Shown: piece by piece, positions 18,860 through 26,663 of the stretch
Numbering within the stretch: the first letter of the stretch is position 1
How the letters are laid out: each line of letters opens with the position of its first letter
Virus record (IMG/VR): IMGVR_UViG_2718218475_000005
Span: 5,418 to 69,417 of that record
DNA length: 64,000 nucleotides
Strand: one strand, 5' to 3'
From: a virus
Position numbers and translations under genes: made by a program
Notes under the pieces: model-generated
Told to the model about the DNA's origin: nothing
The model's database searches: none
Seen by the model: only the letters and a program-made list of their open reading frames with translations

Positions 18860-20519
18860 CTTTATTCACAATCCTTTCTGCAATCGTTAATTTCCGCCCA
18901 GGTTCTTCACGCCGGGGAACAATCTTGCCATTTTTCTTTGTAACGCGTAACCAGGGATGCGCGTGTGGCACAATCGTGTGCATTTTAGCATTACCATGGT
19001 CGGTAAAATCAATGTCCAGCCGGGCCTTTCCTGTCTTACCATAATATCTTCGTGTAACTAGTTGTCCATCGACATAACGGTCAAAAACTGAGTTGGCTTC
19101 CTGTTGATACGGAACACCGTGCACTTCACCAAAATTGTGTACATTGTTCAACGCAAATTGTTCGCGCCGAACCTCGCGCGCTACTTTCAACAGGTTCTGA
19201 TAACTATCACTGTCATTATACTTCATCGTTTGAAAATCTTCGAATGTTTCGGGTACGTTATCTCCACCTAAAATCCGTTTGTATTCATCATACTGGGTAG
19301 TATCATACCGACGATTGCCAACCCGATTATCTAAACTATCGAAAGCCTGCGGACCATGCTTTAAGATTACTGCCTGGCGCCAATCTTGATAAGTAGCATC
19401 AGGCTTCAACTTAAGTTTTTCGCCAGTAATTGGATCATTTGCCGTCCGTGGTAGCATGTACTTGCTATCTGACAAATAGATGATCGCAACAGTTCGGCAA
19501 AACGGATGCAACGGTGGAAAATTTACGTTTACTTCTGCTTCATTCACATTAAATATTCGCCCATCAATATTTCGACAAATCTTTGACGTTCGCATATCTA
19601 GCACAGCAACCAGTTGGTACGTTTTAACACCACGTCTTTTCCATTCATTGAGCTTCGTTTGATTATGAAAGTAGTTGGCTTCTGTTCTAATCAATCGTCG
19701 TGTATTGTAGCTGCTAGCTCCAAACTCCTTAGCTAAAGCTTGTACCATGTCACGCTCACGCATACCACTCATCTGCTGAGCCGTGAATAGTTCACTGAGT
19801 CGGTCGGCTAGTTGGTCCGTGTTATGCCAAATCCGTTTAGAGTAGTTCTTGCCTTTAAACGGCGCATCTAATGTAGCCTTAACGTACTTCCCTGACAACT
19901 CTTTAAACCGTGTTATTGGTTCGTCTGGGTTCACTTTAACTGTTACCATCTCTTTACCCGTTTTAGGGTCAAAGATAGTTCTAGTGTGCATTTTAGGCTG
20001 ACTATCAGCGCTCACGCCCGGAAGAATGACGTCTTTATCAAAGCCACCTATAATACTCTCGTTAGTTGCCTGATCAAGTGCTTCTTGAATTACCTTGGTA
20101 TAAAGGTCCGTGGACTTCTCAATCTCAACAGATGCCGCTTGTTTCACCGCAATGTAGCTCTTAGCCTTGAGCTCTTCCAATCTGGTAATACGGCCCTTAG
20201 CTGCCATCCGTGATAGATAGTTGGTAACCTGCTTCTTCGACTCTTTATCATTGATATTATCAGCCAGAGCCCGCAACGTTACTAGTTCAGTCGGACTGAC
20301 TTTCGTGTTAAGAATTTGCTGCGCCTCGGACCCCGTCGTTTTACCATCTGTAAAATATCTTTTATATATCTGTGATACCTCACCAGTCAAATAGTTCTGA
20401 GCACGCATGTACGCCCTCGCAATGATAGTCGCTTGTTTGGTTGCAGCATCATGTGATTTCTGTTCGCTCTGAACGGCTCGCAGTTGCCAGTAACTTAACT
20501 TGCGTTTGTCATCCGCCAC
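18834..20519 (-). CDS. Long MuF (SPP1 gp7-like) minor capsid protein with C-terminal putative RNase toxin domain
   Basis: RLIRTE...C...NFPPLHPFCR MuF core, then ~110-aa tail RRYYGKTGKARLDIDFTDHGNAKMHTIVPHAHPW resembling polymorphic toxin type 24. Confidence 0.75.
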   Translation of the reverse strand: MADDKRKLSYWQLRAVQSEQKSHDAATKQATIIARAYMRAQNYLTGEVSQIYKRYFTDGKTTGSEAQQILNTKVSPTELVTLRALADNINDKESKKQVTNYLSRMAAKGRITRLEELKAKSYIAVKQAASVEIEKSTDLYTKVIQEALDQATNESIIGGFDKDVILPGVSADSQPKMHTRTIFDPKTGKEMVTVKVNPDEPITRFKELSGKYVKATLDAPFKGKNYSKRIWHNTDQLADRLSELFTAQQMSGMRERDMVQALAKEFGASSYNTRRLIRTEANYFHNQTKLNEWKRRGVKTYQLVAVLDMRTSKICRNIDGRIFNVNEAEVNVNFPPLHPFCRTVAIIYLSDSKYMLPRTANDPITGEKLKLKPDATYQDWRQAVILKHGPQAFDSLDNRVGNRRYDTTQYDEYKRILGGDNVPETFEDFQTMKYNDSDSYQNLLKVAREVRREQFALNNVHNFGEVHGVPYQQEANSVFDRYVDGQLVTRRYYGKTGKARLDIDFTDHGNAKMHTIVPHAHPWLRVTKKNGKIVPRREEPGRKLTIAERIVNKDGGKTSKS

Positions 20520-20535
20520 TCCTACACCTCCGAGC

Positions 20536-20658
20536 TTATAAAATCAAATACAGCAAAATTAAAATGCCTGTAATTGGCTTCCATCCAAGCGAAACTAATC
20601 CAAGCATTTTAATTATCACGATCACAAATACACCAATCGTTTTAATGATTTTATTCAA
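20536..20658 (-). CDS. Possible 40-aa hydrophobic peptide
   Basis: TTG-NKIIKTIGVFVIVIIKMLGLVSLGWKPITGILILLYLIL fills the Prp-MuF gap; weak RBS. Confidence 0.4.
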   Translation of the reverse strand: MNKIIKTIGVFVIVIIKMLGLVSLGWKPITGILILLYLIL

Positions 20659-20665
20659 TTCTGAG

Positions 20666-20962
20666 TTAATTGCCCTTCACCACCACTTGCAAATTCTGAG
20701 GATATTGTGCTGAAATATCTTGTAGTCCGTGTAATAAGGTCTCACACAGAACTTTGTTATCAGCACTGGGCTCAATCAATCCAATAAACAAGCCACCATT
20801 TTCTTTAATAGTGGCGTTAGATAGCTCATTAGTGATGGCTTGACCAAGCACCGAAACAGCAGCACAAACTAGGTCATGGCCCTTAATAGCACTATTCGCG
20901 TGGCCCGTTATCTGATAACTCACTACCTGCTTTTTGTTTAAATGAAACGTTGCCAGAATCAT
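20666..20962 (-). CDS. prp: Prp-family (ribosomal L27-processing) cysteine protease
   Basis: GHA...GHDLVCAAVS catalytic motif; GAGGAGGT RBS inside portal 3' end. Confidence 0.88.
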   Translation of the reverse strand: MILATFHLNKKQVVSYQITGHANSAIKGHDLVCAAVSVLGQAITNELSNATIKENGGLFIGLIEPSADNKVLCETLLHGLQDISAQYPQNLQVVVKGN

Positions 20963-22400
20963 CCGCAGTTACCTCCTCGTTATCTGTGGCGGGCTCGCCG
21001 CCCATAGCTTTCTGCTGTAGCTTGAGTGATTTTTCCTTTTCCTGATCCAGCATCTTAATCAACTCTTGCGGGTCATTGGTCCCAGGCAACCACCCGAGTG
21101 ATACCAATTGCGGAATGACACCTTCAGCATTCTTGATATTGCTAATGACATCCGCCATGTTGACTGGAATATCAGGAACAATATTAATTGTCGCTCCGGA
21201 GGCATCTACTGACTGGCCTTTAAACGCTAAAATGTTCTGCATCAGTTGTAGACGCTGACGAATTCCACATGTTAAGTATCGCTGCTTAGTCGCTAACAAT
21301 TGGAGTAAACCGAACAGCTTGTATTTCATAGCTTCACCGCTAATCGTCCCTGCAAAGTTTTCGTCATTCATGTTAGGGACGTAAGACGTTTGATGAATGT
21401 CATCCTTAATCGACTTAACAAGTACTTGTAGCTGTGATTCGTCAAAGCTCTTGGTCAACCATTCAACGCTAGCACCCTGGTCGCCTTTACCAGGCGCTTC
21501 TAGAATACCGTCCTTCAAGTTAGCTCCTTCACCGTCCTCGCCCTCATCTAGGGTAAAGCCATAGACTACCAGCAAGGCATCCACGAAGTTCTTTTTATCG
21601 GTGATACGGTCTGACTGTAATTCGTTATAGGCGTTGATTAGGCTAATCGTTTGCTCAAAATCACCTTGACGCTCTTCGTTATTACGATACTCAATAAGTG
21701 GGACACCATTAAAATAATGTTGAATGGCCTTAGGTTTGCTTGCCAAATTAGCATCTGATAGCACTCGTCCTGTCTTGGTTCGATACTGAATAATCCAGTG
21801 GGCCGTATAGACAGTAATCAAATAACCCTTAGCATTACCAAGCAGGTCCTTCTTTTCCACGTAGTAAATACCAAACAGCGGATTTTTATCTAACGTGTCA
21901 TCCGTTACCAGCACACAGCCGCGCGGATCAATTTTTTCAATTGCCAACTCGGTAGTTGCGTCTGACACCTTTTTGATGTATAGCAGCTCATAGGCACACC
22001 CAAACACGCTTAAATCTTTCTCCATCTCCGTATTATGCGAATCAATATCCATTTGGTCCTGAGCATCCGTAATGGCTTTAATATCCTTACCGTTCGTCGG
22101 TGAAATGGATACCGGATTACCAGTTGTAAAGCCGGTAATCATGTCAGTAATGTATTTGGCGTGGTTCGTCATTACCTTTTCATCTGCACGATCCAACTTA
22201 GCCGCCATCTCAAGATTTCGGCTTAAGATGTGCTGATTACCCTCATAGTAGTGTTCCAACATGTTATAACGGTCAATACGTTGCTGTTGTTGATTGATAG
22301 CATAGTTAATTACATCAAAGCTAGGGTTTTCAATATTGCCAGCCAATTCACGGTCAATCGCAACGTTGGACCCGCGCTTCTTGTTCAAATCATACTGCAT
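20892..22400 (-). CDS. Portal protein A (SPP1 gp6-like)
   Basis: YYEGNQHI, NHAKYITD, EYRNNEERQGDFE, SGEAMKYKLFGL motifs. Confidence 0.93.
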   Translation of the reverse strand: MQYDLNKKRGSNVAIDRELAGNIENPSFDVINYAINQQQQRIDRYNMLEHYYEGNQHILSRNLEMAAKLDRADEKVMTNHAKYITDMITGFTTGNPVSISPTNGKDIKAITDAQDQMDIDSHNTEMEKDLSVFGCAYELLYIKKVSDATTELAIEKIDPRGCVLVTDDTLDKNPLFGIYYVEKKDLLGNAKGYLITVYTAHWIIQYRTKTGRVLSDANLASKPKAIQHYFNGVPLIEYRNNEERQGDFEQTISLINAYNELQSDRITDKKNFVDALLVVYGFTLDEGEDGEGANLKDGILEAPGKGDQGASVEWLTKSFDESQLQVLVKSIKDDIHQTSYVPNMNDENFAGTISGEAMKYKLFGLLQLLATKQRYLTCGIRQRLQLMQNILAFKGQSVDASGATINIVPDIPVNMADVISNIKNAEGVIPQLVSLGWLPGTNDPQELIKMLDQEKEKSLKLQQKAMGGEPATDNEEVTADDSGNVSFKQKAGSELSDNGPRE

Positions 22401-22411
22401 CCGCTCACCTC

Positions 22412-23650
22412 CTATCCTCTTAATCCCTTTGGCTTCTTAATTGTCCGTGCCTTGAGCCGTTCGTGTGTGTTATAGACGGCATACCGTAACGCGTCCATTA
22501 CGTCATCGTTAAGCTTGACGGGTAAGCCCGTAGCCTCATCCCAGACATACTGATAGATTTCATCTAAGAAGGCATCAATCGCTTCTTTGATAACAAAAAA
22601 GTGGCCTTGCTTCATGCACTTAGCCACCGACTCGATTCCTGATAAAACCGATTTTTTAGCATTGAACGCCTTGAGCCCTTCACGTTGGAAGCGTGCAACG
22701 TGTTCGGGTCTCGCGCTATCAGCCCAAAACTTAACATTTCGGCCATAGCGATGCTGAATATCTTTTGCAATCTCTACCCAGTAATCAATCTCTTCAAACT
22801 GACGTGTATGTTCTTCAATCAAATAAGTATTGCCAACTCGATCATCAGCCATTACAACAATCGTTCCTTTATGTTCATAGCCCCAGTCGACTCCCGCATA
22901 GTAAGTTAAGTCTGCTGGCAATTGAGCCCGTGGAATAATCATTTCGTCCTTATTAAAATCTTTATACACCATACCTTCACCAGATACCCATAGACCGAGT
23001 ATTGCACGGTCGTAAAACACTCCGGACGGCGTACCCGCTTTTTGATGTTCAACGTATTGTGGGGGCAAAAAGGTATTATCATCGATTGTAAAATGGAAAC
23101 TAACGGTTCCTGCTTTAGGATCATCGTTATCAATATAGCTGGCTTTCAAGTAGTGAGTCGGAACGTCTGGGTTCGTATCGCAAATAATTCGCGCACCTTG
23201 TGCTGAGCACCGATTAAGGATTTCATTGAATACCTCTTCATTAGCAAGGCTAGCTTCGTTAATATACGCCCCAAACGAGGTCATCCCACGAATGGCACCC
23301 AGCCCTGCAATAGACCCGGTAAACGTCTGCACAATTTTCACGCCAAACAGTGTGAAAGAGTTATGTTTGTCAAATTGAAAGTTAATGTCATATTTATTCG
23401 TCAGTTCCTGTAATACGTTGTTTTGTAGCGACTTGCTTGAATACCCCGCTAAAATGTACATTGGTTCCTTGACCCCTAATTTGTCAGCAACCTGACGAAC
23501 ACGCCGCAGTTCCATCAAGAAGGCGTCATTATCAACGACAGTTTTACCAGACCGAACAGCACCATAGTTTATCAGTAGTCGCCAGTCCGTCCGCCGCAAG
23601 GTTTTCAGCACTTGAACTTGTTTCGGCGTATATAGCTCACTAATTGCCAT
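22412..23650 (-). CDS. terL: Terminase large subunit A (PBSX-type)
   Basis: GAVRSGKT Walker A, DTNPD, DWGY, DDVMDALRYA. Confidence 0.95.
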   Translation of the reverse strand: MAISELYTPKQVQVLKTLRRTDWRLLINYGAVRSGKTVVDNDAFLMELRRVRQVADKLGVKEPMYILAGYSSKSLQNNVLQELTNKYDINFQFDKHNSFTLFGVKIVQTFTGSIAGLGAIRGMTSFGAYINEASLANEEVFNEILNRCSAQGARIICDTNPDVPTHYLKASYIDNDDPKAGTVSFHFTIDDNTFLPPQYVEHQKAGTPSGVFYDRAILGLWVSGEGMVYKDFNKDEMIIPRAQLPADLTYYAGVDWGYEHKGTIVVMADDRVGNTYLIEEHTRQFEEIDYWVEIAKDIQHRYGRNVKFWADSARPEHVARFQREGLKAFNAKKSVLSGIESVAKCMKQGHFFVIKEAIDAFLDEIYQYVWDEATGLPVKLNDDVMDALRYAVYNTHERLKARTIKKPKGLRG

Positions 23651-24167
23651 CGCTATCACCACCTAGGACGTCATCCAATTTATCCAGATATTCAGAAACT
23701 TTTGCTTCAGTACTATCGGTTGAGGCATTCATAATGCGAGCTTTAGCCTCCGCAATATCCGCGTCAGCCTCAGCTTTTCGAATTTGAGCTTTGACCAGCT
23801 TATCATCGCCCGGATACCGCTTAAGTATCTCCTTAACAGCACTTATCCGGGTCTTCAAGTCTGCCTCCTTCTGGCTCTCGTATACGCCTTCCGGGGTGCT
23901 CGATATAACCGTTTCTTTCTCTTCCCCTCTCGCTATCCGGGTAAGCAATTCGACGGCCTCTTTGGCGTCCATAATGCGTTTGGAAGCTATCTCGGCCATT
24001 CGCTCATCGATGTAAGATTTAATTCCAACATTTTCCAACAATTTGCTAGATTGTGCCTTTGCATAGTTGCGCGAATAACCAGCTTCAATAGCAGCTTGAT
24101 AAGCATTTCCAGACTTGATATACTCATCGGCAAACTTTTGCTGTTTGGGCGTTAACTTTCGTGCCAT
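23640..24167 (-). CDS. terS: Terminase small subunit A
   Basis: LTPKQQKFADEYIKSGNA..AAI.AGYS; start placed at ATG 24167. Confidence 0.93.
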   Translation of the reverse strand: MARKLTPKQQKFADEYIKSGNAYQAAIEAGYSRNYAKAQSSKLLENVGIKSYIDERMAEIASKRIMDAKEAVELLTRIARGEEKETVISSTPEGVYESQKEADLKTRISAVKEILKRYPGDDKLVKAQIRKAEADADIAEAKARIMNASTDSTEAKVSEYLDKLDDVLGGDSDGN

Positions 24168-24208
24168 TACATACCACCACACCTCCGTCTAATTGATATT
24201 TTCAGCGT

Positions 24209-24376
24209 CTAACGCTTGAGTAAGATGTCCTTAACCAATAGCCACGTTTCAGGTAAAGCCTTGACGTTTCTGCCCGTAACAATGGTACTAACTCGGCCTC
24301 CATCATAATATCCAACATCTTTATAATTGATTGGCTTTAAATAATTAATACCTCGTTGTCGTCTCATTCCCCGCAT
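24209..24376 (-). CDS. Small hypothetical protein (55 aa)
   Basis: ATG 24376 after GAGGTG; shorter than ORF-track call. Confidence 0.45.
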   Translation of the reverse strand: MRGMRRQRGINYLKPINYKDVGYYDGGRVSTIVTGRNVKALPETWLLVKDILLKR

Positions 24377-24524
24377 GTTGCACCTCATTATTTTTATCCA
24401 AACGAAAAGCGCCATGCTGTTTAGCACGACGCTTCTTATCCTTGTACCACCTATCTAGCCGAGCATCAGCCTGCACCCATTCAGGCGGCTCGTACCCATA
24501 TTTGCTGTGAATCATTACTGCCAT
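24345..24524 (-). CDS. Small pre-terS protein (59 aa, MAVMIHSKYGYEPPEW...KKRRAKQHGAFRLDKN...)
   Basis: AGGAGT RBS; C-terminal block identical to ORF 49306-49467. Confidence 0.65.
   Translation of the reverse strand: MAVMIHSKYGYEPPEWVQADARLDRWYKDKKRRAKQHGAFRLDKNNEVQHAGNETTTRY
24388..24439. repeat. 52-bp direct repeat, copy 1 (copy 2 at 49337-49388)
   Basis: ttatttttatccaaacgaaaagcgccatgctgtttagcacgacgcttcttat identical at both sites. Confidence 0.95.
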
Positions 24525-24551
24525 GACACCACTCCTAAATTTACGTAAAAT

Positions 24552-24572
24552 AAAAACGTCCCAAGGGACGTT
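24552..24572 (-). terminator. Intrinsic terminator, homologous to 49495-49516
   Basis: aacgtccc-ttg-ggacgtt then T-run on minus strand, followed by taaatttaggagtg linker. Confidence 0.7.
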
Positions 24573-24633
24573 GATTTCTATTTAACATTATTTCTCAAAA
24601 AAGAAACTATTCTCGAATTTTACCAATATAAAG

Positions 24634-24888
24634 TTAAACATTAGTGATATAAATTACATTACCCTCGACTTGTACCTCATACATAAAATCCTTTTTAGCA
24701 GAATAATACATATATCCGCTAATTCCCTTTTTACCTGTTTCTATTGCATCATTTTCCATATAATCTCGCATATGTTCAGACATAAACTCTTGATCTGAAC
24801 TAGCATCGACCCATTTCGGCAAGGTAACAACCGCCTGATAAATAACATTACAATTCTTGAATACTGTAAATTCAGTTCCTGTACCCAA
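24634..24888 (-). CDS. Hypothetical protein (start uncertain)
   Basis: 84-aa TTG ORF with no clear RBS; frame open ~20 more codons upstream. Confidence 0.4.
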   Translation of the reverse strand: MGTGTEFTVFKNCNVIYQAVVTLPKWVDASSDQEFMSEHMRDYMENDAIETGKKGISGYMYYSAKKDFMYEVQVEGNVIYITNV

Positions 24889-24931
24889 AGAAGCGTTATC
24901 GTCTAATTTATAGGTAACAGTATTATTTGCT

Positions 24932-24979
24932 TCTATGACAGTAGTTTAACAGGGACTGTACCAGAACCGTACCAGAATA
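24932..24979 (-). promoter_or_regulatory. Candidate late promoter of module A: two TTCTGGTAC boxes 11 bp apart + extended -10 TGtTAAACT
   Basis: gtaccagaa at 24958 and 24969 (+); -10 region aligns 12/17 with 50681-50697; integrase arm site is an alternative reading. Confidence 0.45.
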
Positions 24980-25113
24980 CAGTTAAAATAAATTTTTATT
25001 ATATTGCCGGTGCTTCAAATTAACAGGCTTACGCTTGTTTAGGTAAAAAAAGAACATAGCCAGTGTAAATTATGATCTATTGATATTACACTAACAAAAT
25101 TAAACTTGCTAAT

Positions 25114-25162
25114 AAAAAAAAAGTATGAGAAGATAATCTTGTCAAGGAATTATCTCTCATAC
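25114..25162 (-). terminator. Terminator after mazF
   Basis: gtatgagagataat / attatcttctcatac stem followed by T-run on minus strand. Confidence 0.75.
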
Positions 25163-25198
25163 ATATGCTAAGCGATATTCAAATGGATATCGCTTTTT

Positions 25199-25576
25199 TT
25201 ATTGCTGAAATGTCTCGTTAATCATAGTTTGCACCTTTTTTAAAATATCCGGTGGACACATTTCAATAAATTCGGGATTACGCTTACTCAAGTCAAGCGT
25301 TAATAAATGCTCCGTTAAAACACAACCCCTGGTAGTAGTGCGACTATCTAAAGGCAAGTGTAAGGGGAAGTTCTTAGTATTAGTCGTAATGGGTACCACG
25401 TGTACTAATCTGCTTACTTTCTCAAAATCTGAGATAGATAGCACTAGTACTGGTCGTCGTCCATCCTGCTCATGCCCCCTCACTGGACCTAAATCTGCCC
25501 AAATAATCGCTCCACGTTCGAAATTTTTTTCCAATTCAAACACCTGATTCCATTTATTTTTTTGCCCAAACATCAA
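25199..25576 (-). CDS. mazF: MazF/PemK-family endoribonuclease toxin (true start probably TTG 25534)
   Basis: RGAIIWADLGPVRGHEQDGRRPVLVLS...VVPITT PemK signature. Confidence 0.93.
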   Translation of the reverse strand: MMFGQKNKWNQVFELEKNFERGAIIWADLGPVRGHEQDGRRPVLVLSISDFEKVSRLVHVVPITTNTKNFPLHLPLDSRTTTRGCVLTEHLLTLDLSKRNPEFIEMCPPDILKKVQTMINETFQQ

Positions 25577-25611
25577 TAAATCCCAACATGTTTGGGCAAG
25601 TGTTTTTTTGG

Positions 25612-25893
25612 TTAAAAAATTTCATTTCCTACTGGGTCACCCCAGTCAAATTCAGCTTGATCCTGACTAGCCAAATAATCATGTACATCGAACCCTGCAA
25701 ACCGTTGCATCAATCGTGACTCTTCCTTTTGTGGTGAAATCAAAATCTTGCCATCCTCTACAGAGATTTGAACTGGCGTATTAATTGGGTTAACAATTCC
25801 AATCTCTTTGAGGATTGACTTTTTTAGTCTGATTCCTTGCGAGTTGCCTAATTTAACAATCTTTGCGGATAACAACATAATAATCCACCCCAT
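25612..25893 (-). CDS. mazE: MazE/AbrB-family antitoxin
   Basis: KIVKLGNSQGIRL AbrB motif, C-terminal DWGDPVGNEI; lies upstream of the toxin. Confidence 0.92.
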   Translation of the reverse strand: MGWIIMLLSAKIVKLGNSQGIRLKKSILKEIGIVNPINTPVQISVEDGKILISPQKEESRLMQRFAGFDVHDYLASQDQAEFDWGDPVGNEIF

Positions 25894-25987
25894 TCTAAAA
25901 CTTTATTGTTGAAAAGCATATAAACGACTTAATTTTCACCTTCACAGACATAATGTATTCCTCCTAGACAATAATTGATACAAAATT

Positions 25988-26017
25988 AGTATACACCCCC
26001 TGTATACATTATGTCAA
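25988..26017 (-). promoter_or_regulatory. mazEF promoter TTGACA-18-TATACT with overlapping GTATAC palindromes (autorepression operator)
   Basis: -35 at 26012-26017, -10 at 25988-25993; gtatac at 25989-25994 and 26002-26007. Confidence 0.75.
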
Positions 26018-26041
26018 AAAGTCTTATCCTATATCTAAATA

Positions 26042-26081
26042 AAAATCCCACACCGGCCAATTAAGGCTAGTGTGGGATTTT
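26042..26081 (-). terminator. Hairpin/terminator insulating mazEF from upstream transcription
   Basis: aaaatcccacac...gtgtgggatttt perfect 12-bp stem. Confidence 0.7.
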
Positions 26082-26185
26082 ATAAATGGCTTTACATTTT
26101 TTACTAAAGGGCAAAGTGTTAACATTGCATCTACTTGCTTCATTTTTCCGGTTCTACATCTTTTCACCTTTTTTGTAAACCTGTC

Positions 26186-26215
26186 AAAAAATCCCCCACG
26201 CCGAAACGCAGGGGA
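26186..26215 (-). terminator. Terminator of lysis cassette B
   Basis: tcccctgcg-tttcgg-cgtggggga then TTTTTT. Confidence 0.8.
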
Positions 26216-26288
26216 AGTGTTGTAGAGTGATCAAGCTCAACAACAAATGAAACTCTATATCAAGTTATAGCCAATAATTATTATAGCA

Positions 26289-26663
26289 CTATTTTGACGC
26301 TTGTGAGGCGGATTCTGACGCCGCTTCAGTGTCAGATGATGCAGAACTCACTACATCAACTGTGGACGTTGGTGTTTGCGCTTCGTCAGCAACCTTATTA
26401 GCTGTTGCTTCGACTTGGCTTTTTTCGTCATTCGTTACATTAGTTGGTGCCGACACAGTTTGAACATCGGTCACAACACCGAGCATACCAAGAATCGTTA
26501 ATACGGTATTCGCGACTGCGACAATGGCTGACCAATCACCGGTGAACTTAATGCCAAACATGGCTAAGACTTGTTGGATCAAAACGATTAACAATGAAAT
26601 AATCCCAGCAATTAACTTACCGTTCAAACTTCCGTCAGCATTCTTAAAACTAATTTTTTTCAT
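26289..26663 (-). CDS. Holin
   Basis: Start at ATG 26663 (MKKISFKNADG); two TM segments, acidic Ser/Ala tail. Confidence 0.85.
   Translation of the reverse strand: MKKISFKNADGSLNGKLIAGIISLLIVLIQQVLAMFGIKFTGDWSAIVAVANTVLTILGMLGVVTDVQTVSAPTNVTNDEKSQVEATANKVADEAQTPTSTVDVVSSASSDTEAASESASQASK

Larger units (their letters stand above)
1..24524 (-). mobile_element. Late module A (packaging, head, tail, lysis) with no early genes of its own
   Basis: terS-terL-portal-Prp-MuF-scaffold-capsid-neck-tail-TMP-fibre-lysin, all ORFs abutting and uninterrupted. Confidence 0.93.

Noticed and set aside
25114-25122. A9 run as a phase-variation tract
   Set aside because: Intergenic and positioned as the U-tract of the mazF terminator.
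26086-26178. 30-aa hydrophobic plus-strand ORF (MALHFLLKGKVLTLHLLASFFRFYIFSPFL) as a type I toxin
   Set aside because: Only a weak GGGA RBS, no recognisable Fst/Lpt motif, no promoter found; such ORFs arise easily in T-rich DNA.
24540-26290. attR/attL core between two ordinary tandem prophages
   Set aside because: No duplicated core, tRNA 3' end or integrase is visible here. It cannot be fully excluded without the flanks.
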